DNA of 64,000 nt from the human T2T-CHM13v2.0 reference genome, Homo sapiens, in assembly GCF_009914755.1 (NCBI RefSeq), contig NC_060938.1; one strand, 5' to 3'. Under the pieces are notes generated by a model, which had not been told where the DNA came from, made no database searches, and worked only from the letters and a program-made list of their open reading frames with translations. The position numbers and the translations under genes were made by a program. Positions 1 to 16,437 of the stretch are shown in pieces; within the stretch, counting starts at the first letter, position 1; each line of letters opens with the position of its first letter.

Positions 1-60
1 ACAAAAAATTAGCTGGGTGTGGTGGTGGCTGTAATCCCAGCTACTCAGCAGGCTGAGGCA
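1..60 (+). mobile_element. Alu fragment
   Basis: acaaaaaattagctgggtgtggtgg...tgtaatcccagctactc...ggctgaggca is the Alu linker plus start of the right arm. Confidence 0.85.
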
Positions 61-502
61 CATACTGGACATAGGGACACCAGAAATCAACTGGCTGGCC
101 AGCACCTAACATTAAAGGTCCTGCCAAGCAGAGATATTTTTTAGCTGAATCATATTTTCTTTCTGGAATTTTAGACATGCAAGTACTGAGATAATGAAGG
201 GATTACTATCTGGGGCAAAAGCTGAAAGGATACAGAAAGATGAAAATCATGAGGAAGAGCTGAACACAAAACCAAGAGACAGTCAAAGAGTGTAGCCAGT
301 TCCAGAACCCACAGCCATCTAGTTCTCTCTATATCTGGGTAGGCTCTGCTCTAATTCATGCTTTTCCTAAGATCCTTAAGAAAATACAAATGACTGCTTT
401 GCAATAAAAGCCTAACTGGAACAACTTAAATTGATCGCCCAGGCTCTCACAGGTAAACTCAAGATTTGGTGACTAACAATGAGGAAGATAAAAGAAATAA
501 GA

Positions 503-666
503 GGAGGGGGGAAGGGGGAGGGATAGCATTAGGAGATATACCTAATGCTAAATGACGAGTTAATGGGTGCAGCACACCAACATGGCACACGTATACATAT
601 GTAACAAATCTGCACGTTGTGCACATGTACCCTAAAACTTAAAGTATAATAATAATAATTAAAAAA
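503..666 (+). mobile_element. L1PA (L1PA3/4-like) 3' UTR fragment
   Basis: ggggagggatagcattaggagatatacctaatgctaaatgacgagttaatggg...cctaaaacttaaagtataataat is a young L1PA 3' end with an A-rich tail. Confidence 0.9.
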
Positions 667-1826
667 GAGACTCCCACACCACTTGTGCATCCCAATCAGA
701 AGCCTGATACCCATCCCCACATGGACAGCTGCACAGGCCCTTGGGCTCCACGTGCTTGTGAACACACATGTACTCTGAAGTAAGGACACGGGTTCTTGTG
801 CATCAAGTGGTATGTGGACAGGCCCCTTTGCCCATCACTGGGTATTTCTGGCAGTTTCCTGTTGTTATTCTCTTTGATCTTGTAATGGGTTTTGGGACCC
901 CCACTTCTCCAGTCCCAGGGCTCAGAAGCCCACCAGGCTTTCCGATGCTCTCACTAAGTGTTGGCTTCTTGAGCAAGAAGGGCTAGGTCAGGGGGTGGGG
1001 TCTGGTTTTACTCATCTCTGAGTCTAGCCTCTAACCCACTGCTTAACGCAGAAAAGGTACCTGGTGAAAATCTATTAAAATCAATGACTGATTTCGCCCA
1101 ATTTGGAGTGAGACATGCCCGCACAGTCTCAATGTCTGGAGAGCTTTACAAACCCCAGGGGACACTAGGAAAAAAAAAAAAAGAAATAAGAGGAAAGAAT
1201 TTAAAATGATTAGGGTTTCTAGATGGGGAACTAGAAGAGATGATGATGCTACTGAGAAAGAGAAATATGGTGTGAAGAGGAGGTTGATTGGAAGAGATAC
1301 TGAATTAAGTTTTGGACATTTCAAGTCTGAAACGTCTGCGGACTATCTATGAGGAGATTGGAAAATCCGCAATTCAAAAAGCATCACTTAATACATGGTA
1401 GTCTAAGCCGCAGAAACACAGGAGTATCAAAAGACAAGTCAAACCCAAGTGCTCTTTGACAAAGCTGATGGCATATAGACAGACAAGACCTTCATAATGG
1501 AGTAAATGGATGCTCTGCCCTGATGTACTGTGTACTCATCTGTCCTGGAGCTAGGCTTCCCACCAGGCGAAAATGAAGGCCAGGAGGAGCTCCAGTAGGT
1601 CTAAGTAAGAAGCTAAAAGGACTGAAAATCTGAAACTGACAGTGCCATATCCCCCAGAAAGAGAAAGAAAGAAAAAAAGAAAATCTCCAATTTACTCCTT
1701 ACACAACTTTATAGGTCACAAGACACTTCATAGGAGAGGTGGACAGTTTTCATAAGCACACACCCCAGCTTTAACATATGAAGCAACAGATTTGGAAAAA
1801 TAAACTTATCTAAGATTATGCAGCTA

Positions 1827-2126
<300 letters not shown>

Positions 2127-2382
2127 GAATATGCAGCTAATAAGCAGCAGAGCTGAGAATCCTTAGCACTCTCAAGCCACAAGACTCAACAGGTTTCACG
2201 GAAACCGAACTGATTGAATCTCACTGAAGTATCTACAGCAGGTCCAATCTGCTTTCCTTTAGCTTTTTCTAGATCACCACAGAGAAGGAATACAAATATA
2301 ACAGTTTCTGATCCTGAAAAAAAAACCAACCCAACTTTGTTTTCCAGAAATCTTTGCTATTTGTAAACTAGTCAGATTTTAG

Positions 2383-2678
2383 ACTGGGCATGGTGGCTCA
2401 TGCCTGTAATCCCAGCACTTTGGGAGGCCGAGGCAGGTGGATCACGAGGTCAGGAGATAGAGACCATCCTGGCAAACACAGTGGAACCCTGTCTCTATTA
2501 AAAATACAAAAAATCAGCCGGGTATGGTGGCATGCGCCTGTAGTCCCAGCTGCTAGGGAGGCTGAGGCAGGAGAATGGCATGAACCCGGGAGGCGGAGCT
2601 TGTAGTTAGCCAAGATCGAGCCACTGCACTCCAGCCTGGGTGATAGAGCAAGACTCTGTCGCAAAAAAAAAAAAAAAA
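2383..2678 (+). mobile_element. AluY-like element
   Basis: gatcacgaggtcaggagat, gaatggcatgaacccgggaggcggagctt (Y-type diagnostics) and poly(A). Confidence 0.9.
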
Positions 2679-2828
2679 TTAAAGAGGAGGGGACACACAT
2701 CTTCTACCTTCCTCACCAATGTTTGCTTTCTACTTACACAAAAAAGGGAAAGTAAAAACATCCTGGTTGTATTAAAGGTTGGGGTTAGAATGCAAATATG
2801 GTTCATCTCAAGTACAAAAGAAAATTAA

Positions 2829-5661
<2,833 letters not shown>

Positions 5662-6817
5662 TTAGAATGCTAAAATCCAAAGAAAAAAGAAAATTAAAAT
5701 TATCTTAGGCAATTTAGAAATAGCAACTGAGATGAGAGCTGGAGAGAGGCCTTTCATGAGAAGGTGAGAAGGGGTTACTTAGAATTGTTAAAGGGCGGGG
5801 GCAGGGGGAGTTTTGACACAATTTTCTTACTTTCTTGATTCCCTAATGCTCCAGTCCTTTGGACTTCTTGGTCTTAAGGCTATATGAATGACCTAATTAG
5901 ACAAGTTTCCCATCTTCCACTGATTCTTCACCGCCTCTCCACTATTTCTCAACCTCAATTTGTGTCCTACACACTGCCACCTGTGGCCAGCAAATTGACT
6001 AACAATGTACGTCTACTAACTTAACGGTCATGGATGTTAAACACTGTTAAATCCAGGAAACCGGTAAAGATTAAGTCTATAGCTAATGATTGGCAGAACT
6101 AAGTCTAAACATGATCCTTGAGATTCCAAAATCAGTGGTCTCTATACGTATCATGTTGTCTCTAAGGCTCAATTACCATGAATGTATGTTATGGTAAATG
6201 GGACCAAATAAAGTCACAGAAGAGTTTTCAAAAGGAAGGTAAAATGAGGCAAGAAAAAAAGACAATGATAGGGAAGGCAATGCAAGCATCATATCTATTA
6301 TTAAGGAAGAGCTCACAACATTTCCAGAAAGGCTTTCTAGGAACCAGCCTCGACTGAGGGCAGCACGAACAAGCACCATTTTCCAGGCCACCCCTTGCAC
6401 CATCTTCATGATTTCCCACCACCCCTTTGAATTATTTTCTAAATCACCCTGATGCTGTCTTACACAGCATATTTTTAAAAGTTCTCAGAAACAGGCTCTT
6501 ACAGTTTTATTTCTTCTTTTAAAAAAAGTTCCCGCTTATCATGTTGTACTATTTAATCAGAATATACTTGAAAACAAAAGATGCTTTGTGGTTTTTTAAC
6601 TCTTGGTAATTAATCCATTGTAGGCAGTATTTTAAAAAATGATGTAGGACAGGGAAACCAATATGAAATGGGTAGTCTGAAAAGCAGTTACTAGATACTG
6701 ACCACCATTTTAGGAAAGGCAGGCTATTTAACCCACTGTATGCTCCCAGGTAAACTTGTCTTCAATTCTTGTTAAGTCAAATATGAAAAACCAAACTTGC
6801 CATCTCTATAATTGCTA

Positions 6818-7168
<351 letters not shown>

Positions 7169-7473
7169 TTAGGACTATTCTAAGAGAACTATCGGACGAG
7201 GATATTAACCATAGGATTGTTTTTACTCATGACATTTTTGTCCCAGACAGAAGTTTATGATTTTTGAATGAATTCATTTTATCAATCTTTTCCTTTCTAG
7301 CTTATGGATTTTGAATGGATGAAAAAGGCCTTGCTTTGCCATGCTGTTTTGATTTATGGGAGTTTATCCTCATAAATGGTATGAAGATATTTTTCCAGAT
7401 CATTACTCAGTTTTATCAACACCATTTATTGAAAGTCGAACCTAATCTCCTGGATTTCAAATACTCAACATGT

Positions 7474-7737
7474 ACAGATTTTTCTTTGTTTTTATTCCTT
7501 AAACAATATGGTATAACAACTATTTATATAACATTTATATTGTATTAGATATTATAAGTAATCTAAAAATATTTAAAATATATGGGAGGATGTGCATAGC
7601 TTATATGCAAATACTATGACATTTTGTATCAGGGACTTGAGTCTGTGGATTTTAGTGTTCATGGGAGTGAGATGTGGGCAGGAGTTTGGGGGGTGGTTCC
7701 TGGAACCAATCCCTGACAGATACTGAGAGACGACCGT
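7474..7737. mobile_element. MER2 (Tigger-family) DNA transposon fragment
   Basis: gggaggatgtgcatag..tatatgcaaatactat...cagggacttgag...cctggaaccaatccc resembles the recalled MER2 consensus. Confidence 0.7.
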
Positions 7738-8253
7738 ATTATAAAGCTAGGCTTTGTCAAAGAAACATATGTAAATGCTTATTATACAGTCCATAGTGTT
7801 TAATCACTTTCTGATATGTGTCAATAAGTATTTATCATTAAAGTAGACTTAATTACTTCCTTTTTTGGTCTATCTCTGGTGTTTGAATCAGGAAATCAAT
7901 TGTTTCTTAGACTCAACACAATGAGTTTCTCAAATAATACCTTTATCTATCTCATCATAACATAAATGCAATCTGAGGCTTTATGTATCTTATTTCCCAA
8001 TAACTGTAGACTATTCTTCATAAACTGACAACAATAACTTCCCAAACATACCGCTCTCGCACATTTATTTTTCCTGAAAGTCTATCGGTCAAGAAAAAGT
8101 AGTAATAAAGATTAGTGTCTTTACATATTTTGAACACAAAAGTTTTACATCTAAAAAGTTTAAATACACATAAAATACAAGTATAAAGCTGTAATGAAGT
8201 AGTTATAATTCTCACAGTAAAACCCACTAATATTTGAAAGTCATTTTTTTTAC

Positions 8254-8337
8254 CTTGTAAGACATTTTACATCATCATCTGCTGCTTGGTTTGATGTTCC
8301 CATAACCCAGTCTGTCAGGTATTCTACCATCTTATTC
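8254..8337 (-). pseudogene. NF1P: NF1 pseudo-exon 24 (legacy 19a)
   Basis: tag|GAATAAGATGGTAGAATACCTGACAGACTGG...CTTACAAG|gtaaaa; 84 bp (NKMVEYLTDWVMGTSNQAADDDVKCLT). Confidence 0.92.
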
Positions 8338-8805
8338 CTATAGAATGGTGGAGAAAAGAGAAACAGCACACAATTTTTCTGAAGTCATACCCCCCCACAC
8401 ACACACCTTCAGTCATGTAAGATTACTTATGGTGCAAATAATTTGGCAGATAACCCAGGTGACATGACGACTTTATAAAAGAGATACTGCTATCATAGAT
8501 GTAAAAGCCAGAAGGAACAAGCAACGTGGATACTGATCCTCCATCATGGCCTTTAGTTATGCTATCAGATTGGAAACAGAATCAAATTCTTAGCTCAAGT
8601 ACAGCAGAGTTTTAGAAAAAGGGAGGCTTGCCACAGGCACAAAGCTTAGGGAAATTTGAGGAGAGACACAGAGAAAAACAAACATGTAAACTGCTCTCTT
8701 TTTATGTCTTTCTTCCTACCAATAACCAGATATCTACTCTATTTCTGTACTTTATTCAACAAATTAAGATTTACAAGACCCTACATTGCTCTTTTGAGAA
8801 CTCAC

Positions 8806-8928
8806 CTAAATTTCATCTCTCGGCAAAATGAGAGGTCATCTCTCCTTGCCATCGTTACTTCAACCAACTGACACAGTTTCGTTTTTATTTGAATTGCATG
8901 GACCATATTCCCAAGCACACAAACGTAC
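8806..8928 (-). pseudogene. NF1P: NF1 pseudo-exon 23 (legacy 18)
   Basis: tag|GTACGTTTGTGTGCTTGGGAATATGG...GAAATTTAG|gtgagt; 123 bp. Confidence 0.92.
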
Positions 8929-9222
8929 CTATACAGACATAGAGACAATAAAAAAGTTATCAGATACAGACACAAGATAAGGCATTCAAAATACTTTAAC
9001 CATCAAATAAAACGAACTAAACGTAAGTTTGAAAACAGTAAGACATTTATTTATAGGAGAGCATACACAATTTCTGGTTACCTTGTTGTCACAGCCTAGT
9101 TTGTGTGCAGTAAAGAATGGCAAATTATTTTATCAATTACTATCAATATCAATGTGTGAGAGGTTTTTCTTTTCTCTTAAATCTTAAAGTATGTTTCTGC
9201 TACATTTCAGTAGAAGGCTTAC

Positions 9223-9362
9223 CTGACCAGATTTAACATCATTGTTTCAATGCTAGCTTGCTCTAGATGTTCAGAGCTGCCTTCAGTATGATTATCTAGC
9301 AAGTTCTTCAATATAGCTAGGGTTTCCTCTACAAATTGAGTATTGGTATCAGTCAATAAAAC
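9223..9362 (-). pseudogene. NF1P: NF1 pseudo-exon 22 (legacy 17)
   Basis: tag|GTTTTATTGACTGATACCAATACTC...AATCTGGTCAG|gtaagc; 140 bp. Confidence 0.92.
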
Positions 9363-9739
9363 CTATAGAGAGAACAAATATATTAATGATTTGCCATCAA
9401 TGCCCAGAAGACAGATCCCTAGAGAGATGAAACTGACTGATCTAAACACACAAATAGAGACATGCACCCACAGGCACGCAGCCAAACAGGCACACAGATA
9501 TACACAGACACTCATACCCATATACAAGGCACGTATACCCTCAGGCACACATACACATCAGAGTTCCTAGAAGCAAGCTGACCATTCATTGAGATGATTC
9601 TTCTTTCTACAATTTTTTGACAATTTTTAAAAACTGTGAGTACCTAATTTAAATAATCTGAAAGAAAAAGGCTTCATTATTTCAAACAAGTCACTCTATT
9701 CATAGGGAAAGGTGAAAAATAAAAAAGAGCACACTTTAC

Positions 9740-10180
9740 CTGTCCTTAGGAGTCAAAAAACTTGCTGATGGGTCTTCTTCAATTTGTTAAATAGCATCAG
9801 ATAAAGAGCAGGACTCAATTCTAGACCCACCAGGTCCTTATCATTGGTCCGTATTTGAAGTCCCACTTTCTCAAGCTTACACACCATTAACGACAACAGC
9901 TGATCCATATATTTGCTGACAGGTGTATCTGCGTTTCCCTCTGAGGACATCACTGAAATCATGGAACCCTTATGTTCACTGACCGGACCCACGGGTGGGC
10001 TATAGGTTGCCAGGCCAGAATTCCTTCTCTGCTGGAGGCACACTCCCCCAAGGGCACAAAGGAAGCTAGTCATGTTGATCCATGCCTGTAGGGAGTCTGT
10101 GTCAGACAAATCTATGGGTCCTCCTCCACTCACATGGGACATTCGCCTCTTAACAGTGGTCTTGTGAAGCTTTCAACAGC
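9740..10180 (-). pseudogene. NF1P: NF1 pseudo-exon 21 (legacy 16)
   Basis: 441 bp with AG/GT ends. ORF 9753-10142 is neurofibromin-like and frameshifts near its end (KLKKTHQQVF* instead of KLKNTISKFF). Confidence 0.94.
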
Positions 10181-10414
10181 CTAAACACAAAATTTTTGTG
10201 CAAAGCATGAATTAAACCTAAATTAGTTGAGACTTGACAAATTACTCTTTATCCAACATTTCTTCCGTGACAAACGTACAAAAAAATGTAAAAAAATACA
10301 TTAAAATCAACCCCCTAAATTACCATATACATTTTTAAAGAGCCACTGATTTATTTTTGTCATACACTAATATAATTGCCAAAGTATCAAATTTCTTTTA
10401 AAAAGCTTTGATTT

Positions 10415-10760
10415 CACACGGATGAACCTTGGGAACATTATGCTAAGTGAAAGAAGCTAATCGTAAAAGGCCACATATTCTAAAACTCCATTTACAGAAA
10501 ATATCCAGAATAGGCAAATCTACAGAGACAAAGTAGATTCGTGGTTGCCTAGGGTTGGAGAAGCGGGGGGAAGAGAGACAAGAAAGGTGGGGGGTTGTTA
10601 GAGGCAGAGATAGCTAAAGGATACCGGGTTTTTTTCTCAATTGATGAAATTGTTCTGAAACTGATGGTGGTGATGGTTGCACAACTCTGTGAATATGCTA
10701 ACAACAGTCACTGAATTGGACACTTTGAATGCGTGAATTGTATGGTATGTAATTATATAT
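10415..10760 (+). mobile_element. Old L1 (L1MB/ME-type) 3' end fragment
   Basis: atgaaccttgggaacattatgctaagtgaaagaag...tccagaataggcaaatc...gtggttgcctaggg...gatggttgcacaactctgtgaat. Confidence 0.75.
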
Positions 10761-11249
10761 TATAGTAACAGTTATCCCCCAAAAGCTTTCATTCTAAAGC
10801 TACATGTCCCCTCCAAATAAAGGTATGAGGTACACAATTTTGCTTCACGAAAATATAACTTTTTTCTTATTATAATTAAGCATGACAGAAAAATAACATG
10901 GGGGAAGAGCCAGTTTTTATAAACCACCTAATAATGAGAGCAATATGAGCATTATAAATCATATACACACAAACACCAACTCATCAATTTCCAAAGTAAT
11001 GGATAATATAGTCAATAGTAATAGTTGAAGGAACTGTCCATATTTTAAAATTTTATTTTATCTATGGGTTCCATCTTCTGCCCAAGACATTCTTTAATTA
11101 GAATACCTAACAAAATAGCAAAATGAATGGTTTCCATGTTAATTTTTCTCTACCTCTGTTGCTCCTTTTCTGAAAATTCTGTGAAACACCCTGATGAAGG
11201 GAGAAAGAGCAAGAAAAGATAAAGAAATGGTCTTTGCAACAAACAGTCT

Positions 11250-11462
11250 CTAGCAGTGCTGCCCAGTATTTCTGTGATGATGGAAACATTTTCTCTCTGC
11301 TGTCCAACAGAGTAAGTACCTGTCATATGTGGCTACTGGGTACCTGCAATGTGGCTACTATATGATTGAGGAACTAAACTGTATTTAATTTTAATTATGT
11401 TAAAATTTAAGTTAAAGAGTCACACGTAGCTAGTGGCTATCATATTACAAAGTACAGGTCTA
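11250..11462. mobile_element. MER3-like hAT-Charlie element
   Basis: ctagcagtgctgcccagt..ttctgtgatgatggaaa...atgtggctact...cacacgtagctagtggcta...ggtctag. Confidence 0.6.
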
Positions 11463-11598
11463 GATAAACCACAACTAAATATCAGTTTTCAGACAACTAT
11501 ATGCTTACTTTACTGAGTGACTCGTGAAAGATTACCAAAGAGAAGGACATATATTTAGCAGATCAGTTAATAGACAAAAGTCAACTTTACAGACTTAC

Positions 11599-11682
11599 CT
11601 GGCCATCTTCCATTTGGGCTTTTGGATAGCTAAGGATTAGTTTTGTTGCTTGTTCCCATTTTGCATGTGTATCTTCCCAAGT
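11599..11682 (-). pseudogene. NF1P: NF1 pseudo-exon 20 (legacy 15)
   Basis: tag|ACTTGGGAAGATACACATGCAAAATGG...GATGGCCAG|gtaagt; 84 bp. Confidence 0.92.
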
Positions 11683-11915
11683 CTAAAATGAAGACAGTTA
11701 TCACTTGAAAGCAACTTTAAGTCTAGAGCTAAACATCAATCAGCAACAGCCAAGCTTCAAACTTGATATATATTAAGTACTCAGATATTATACTTGTAAT
11801 ATGCACATATCTTGGATTTACTTCAAAGCTATTCCTGATCACACATATGTAACAAGAGGCTTCCAAAATCGAGCGTGGGTGCCTGGGAGAGGTGTTTTTG
11901 TTGCTTAGGGCACAC

Positions 11916-11988
11916 CTCAGTGTTTCCTGCAGTGGGATGCTCAGTGCGCCTCAGCAGTGCCATCACTCTTTCGGAAGTGCTGCTGTGC
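11916..11988 (-). pseudogene. NF1P: NF1 pseudo-exon 19 (legacy 14)
   Basis: tag|GCACAGCAGCACTTCCGAAAGAGTGATGGCACTGCTGAGGCGC...ACTGAG|gtgtg; 73 bp, 1-nt deletion versus the recalled 74 bp. Confidence 0.9.
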
Positions 11989-12598
11989 CTAAGCAACTAC
12001 AACAGCAAATCAAGTTACTGCACTTAGAGCCCTGCCTGCCAATGGACAACCTGATAAGCCCACCCAAAAGGCAGAGTAGGAGGAGCAGAGCAAATGCCTC
12101 AAATGATAAAGCCAAAAACTTCCGTTCACTAACCTCACAGGAAAGGTACTTATCTTAGACTCTACAATGTCCACAGCATAAAATAGCTATTCCCACCTAT
12201 AATTTACTCAAAACAAATGCCAATGTGTGTAAACTTCACTATCCATAACATACGGAGTTATGGATAACATAAATTACATAGTCATATGTAATTTGACTAT
12301 GTATATGGATAACATAAATTACATAGTCATACAAACGTAAATTACATAGTCATAACTGATAGTAACACGTACTGCCAGTTAATTTTAAAATCTATAGCAC
12401 ATTAAAAACTCAGTGGGAGACTAACAATTTATTTCAAACGCTTTTTATTTTCATCTTACTTTGTTCAGAAAAGGATTTCAAGTAAGCTACTTGAATTTCT
12501 CCTGTAAACTTACAGAAGTGTAATCTTAAATACATTCTCACAATCAGATGCCATGTGCTTTAGGGAGGTTGAGTAAAAAAACCACTATTCATATTTAC

Positions 12599-12847
12599 CT
12601 GTTGACATCACATTGCTGACAGGCAAACTCCATGAATGTGTTAAGAGTTGGGCAAGAGGTTACGCACCGACACTTCGTCCACCCCACACCGGGTATCTGC
12701 TTCCTCACAGAGGTGGCGGAAACAGGACATGGCAACCAGAACAGCTTCAGTGTCAGGGTTCCGCAGAAACATGTACAGGGCCACTTCTAGACTGGTCTGC
12801 GCTTGTCAGCAAGTCAGGGGGGTTCCGCTGCATCCTGCTGCACTATC
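12599..12847 (-). pseudogene. NF1P: NF1 pseudo-exon 18 (legacy 13)
   Basis: cag|GATAGTGCAGCAGGATGCAGCGGAACCCCCC...GATGTCAACAG|gtaaat; 249 bp with small indels. Confidence 0.92.
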
Positions 12848-12924
12848 CTGAGAGTCAAGGGTGGTAGACATATATTTGCAACTTGGGTAATTTTATGTAT
12901 AAAACCCAACAATGCAATAAACTG

Positions 12925-12943
12925 CGTGTGTGTGTGTGTGTGT
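12925..12943. repeat. (GT)n microsatellite
   Basis: gtgtgtgtgtgtgtgtgt. Confidence 0.9.
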
Positions 12944-13714
12944 CCACATATATCTCAGCATACAATAACTCATAAGAGCTTTCTCCTTTAATCATTATAT
13001 GAATTTTTCAAACCCCAAAATATCTTGTCCAAATGAGAAATGAGATTATCTGGACCAACATAAGGCTACTATCTGTCCAATTTCAAATAAAATAGGTATT
13101 ATCCTATTCCAGATTCCAGAAATGGAAACCGATTCTAACACGGACAGGTAAAACACCATAACATAAATCTACTGCAGTAACTATATAATGTACTTCCCAG
13201 TCAATTACAAATGACAAAAACAGAGGAAGTAACAGGAAATTCTATCTACTTGCTCTAGGGAAGTAATAAAATAAGTACACTGCGACACTCATTGAAACAA
13301 GGGCATAAACAAGAACAAAATATTGCTGTAGAAGATAGACTTGATTCTGAATGACCTATTCCGCAAACATGAAATGGAGAAAATAATTGACAAAATACAT
13401 TCAAATTCTGCAAGTAAAACAGACAATAATAAATAGCATACTGCTTAGATGTTTTTTTCTTTAACAAGGCTATATTAAAAATTAGGGATGAAAAAAGTTT
13501 TGGTTTGGAAAATAAACTCTTCTGTAATGACCCGATATTTTCACTTGAAATATGATTTATATTTAAAGGAAATTATACACACAAATGCAAATCACAGAAA
13601 CACTTATCTTTAACATGAAACAAAATATTTTGTTTTTATCCCTGTACATCTGTACCTTTGTTAGCTGATACAAATTCTATACTTCTATGCTATGAATGGT
13701 TTTTCATGAGGTGG

Positions 13715-13905
13715 AGGTTATCAGATACAGCTTGTATGTGTCAAGTGCTATTTACACATTTTTTTATTTAACCCTCACAACAACTCTGGAGCAGGAATTA
13801 TTATTGTCCCCATTTTAAAGTTGAGGAATTGAGGAACAAGGATGTTAAGAACTTGCCCAAAATTCCATAAAGAGCAGTGATGGAACTAGAGTCTAAGCAG
13901 TTTTT
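13715..13905 (-). mobile_element. MIR fragment
   Basis: tttaaccctcacaacaactct...attattgtccccatttta...gaggaa..gagg...acttgcccaa matches the MIR core. Confidence 0.6.
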
Positions 13906-14005
13906 CACTATTACTCTATATTACCTGGATGAAATTTACCAAAGTTCATTCAGAAAACAAATAGAGCACACGAGATGATACAGGAAAATTACAAAAGAAG
14001 CTGAC

Positions 14006-14160
14006 CATAGAGGAGTTCCCTTTTCCCTTCTGGAGAGAGGCTCAGGAGTACATAGTGACACTTCATGACCCATGGACATTTGATTGGTATTTCCACTAGA
14101 AGGAGTATCACATCCTACTCCATAAAAAAGGAGAAAGTGACATGAACTTCTATCTGCCTG
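14006..14160 (-). pseudogene. NF1P: NF1 pseudo-exon 17 (legacy 12b)
   Basis: tag|CAGGCAGATAGAAG...GGGAAAAGGGAACTCCTCTATG|gtcagc; 155 bp, 1-nt deletion. Confidence 0.9.
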
Positions 14161-15097
14161 CTAGAAAAAAGAAGGAAAGAAGCTTTACTGACGCACTGAC
14201 AACCAAGAGGAATAAACACTTATATCGGTTGTCTTCCTTTTTGAGACTCTCCTAGAAAACCTCTCCTCTCAATCTCTATGCCCCACCTTGAAGGAAATTC
14301 ACTAGAAACCCATTAGAACAAATAATGTTCACTTAATGTCTTTAAAATTTCTTTCAGTTTCCCATTCTCTAAATAATCAGAAACAGTAGATTCTACAAAT
14401 ATAAATTAAGTCTAACATAAACATAAGTAAAACATCAACAATGTAAATCCACTGTATGAAAACTATAATTTGGTCTCAATGACAAAGATTTTTTTTCTGC
14501 AAGATTTTATCCGTGCCATGTTGGGATAACTAGAAATTGACTCTTGAGATTAAGTTCTTCTGGACCAGTAATTAACCCTGGTATATACACCAAGTATATC
14601 ACAAGAGTGACTGTGCTGACCAGGGCACTACGAATTCATTACTGGATTCCTCATACTCATATTCTGGAGATTATGCCATAGGCAAGGGCACGAAAGTCTG
14701 AAGTCTAATCTCTTTCCAATCTTTGGAATAATGCCAAATTCAGCTACATTAACACATCAAATAAGCCAGATGTGAATAAACCCACTTCACCATTAGTCTA
14801 TTTCTAAACAGAGACAATTTATTAATAACAAGCTGTATAATACTGAAAAGGATATGAGTTTCATACATTTAAGGTTTTTCACAGCTATGCTTCTAGTACC
14901 AGATAAAAATTCATTAAATCAAGTACTCCTAAAACTAGGCCATAACAGAATTCCTAAATTGATTAACTATAGAAACTATATGTTAAAAGAAAAACAAACA
15001 AACGAACAAACAAACAAAAAACCCTACTAAAAATATATAAAGGATTTGAATAGACGTTTCTCACAGACAGACATACAAATGGCCAATAAACACATGC

Positions 15098-15240
15098 AAA
15101 GGTGGTGGTTCACTCCTAGAATCTCAGCACTTTGAGAGGCTGAGGCGGGAGGACAGCTTGAGCCCAGGAGTTCGACACCAGCCTGGGAAACACTGAGGCC
15201 CCATCTCTTGAAAAAAATAATAAAAAATAAAAATAATAAA
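15098..15240 (+). mobile_element. FLAM/Alu monomer
   Basis: ctcagcactttgagaggctgaggcgggaggacagcttgagcccaggagttcga followed by an A-rich tail. Confidence 0.75.
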
Positions 15241-15933
15241 ACACATGAAAAAATGTTCGACATCATCAGCCAGCAGTGACCATGTTTCAATAGTGCAGAA
15301 TCAAAAAATTTCACTCCACCCCGAGAAGTGTCGTGAAATTTTCAAGATGTGAAACCCTTATTGGAGGCATAGAAATAAACCTAGATTGAGGACCCTCAAC
15401 CTTTTCCCTTTTGCTTCTTGATAGATAATTCTCTGGACTAGTCTAGCCACGACATCTAGGCCTTTATGATTTCTCAGAGCTATGATTCTAGAACTGGACA
15501 AAAAACTCATTAAATCAAGTACTCCCAAATCTATGCCATAATAGAATTCTTAGATTAATTACAGAAGCTATATGTTAAATTTTACGTATGAATTATGTCT
15601 ATGTGTGAACTTGAGAGTAAAGATAGAATATGCTCCTCAAGCTACTTTGGTTATAGCAGCCCCCACTTTTCCTAGCCTGTCCCATAGAGACCTATGTAAC
15701 TCAACTAGAACTAGAATTCATCAACAGTGTGGTTTTACGGCCAAAGCTTCAGAATAATTTTTAAAATGCTAATTTGCCAGCCCTTGTCCTCTGCACATAT
15801 ATATCCTTTTGAGAACCTTGGGGGGAAGGAGGAGCTGAAATAGAAACTAATTTGGCTATAAAACACTTTCTTAATCTCTCCCCATCACCATTCCAAATAT
15901 TCTCTCATTTTTTAAAGATGTCATTTCGTTTAC

Positions 15934-16058
15934 CTTATTTTTAAGAAAGAAATTTATTCCTGCAGATCAAAATTTCCTGCAACCACTTGAGAATTTCTGT
16001 GCTACTAAGCATTTAATGACTAGTTAATTTCTTGCAGATGTAAAAATACACTTGTGAG
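15934..16058 (-). pseudogene. NF1P: NF1 pseudo-exon 16 (legacy 12a)
   Basis: cag|CTCACAAG...TACATCTGCAAGAAATTAACTAGTC...AAAAATAAG|gtaaac; 125 bp, 1-nt insertion. Confidence 0.9.
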
Positions 16059-16437
16059 CTGCAGTAACATAAAATTTATTGTCACTACCATCAACAATAA
16101 CCTAATGCAGATATAACCAGACATAAGAACGGCATTCTCCCATAATGAATACAAGTTTGGAGAAGCTTAGTTATGTTAAGCATGTCAGTTGAATGATACG
16201 GAAATTAAGAAGAAAGAGAAATGTTAAGAAATGGTAAGGGCAATTAAGAATCTGATCTAATTATATCAGTATTCATTATACATTAGGTTTCTTAGAGACG
16301 TCTTAGTTTTCAGTTATGATCAGAAAGGATCAGTAAGTGCTCTTGAGCTAAAAATTACCCTCAAGGTCTTGGTGTTTCAGTTAAACCAAATGAACTTAGT
16401 GTGGTAATTTTGACACATTTCATAAAAAAACACTTAC

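Noticed and set aside
9753-10142. 129-aa neurofibromin ORF as a functional NF1 gene or microprotein
   Set aside because: Single pseudo-exon with many substitutions and a terminal frameshift; neighbouring exons are frameshifted and the 5' and GAP exons are missing.
12255-12355. Short tandem duplications (tatggataacataaattacatagtcata; similar cases at ~25090-25170, 41497-41555, 49760-49820)
   Set aside because: Ordinary slippage duplications in intronic or repeat DNA with no sign of function.
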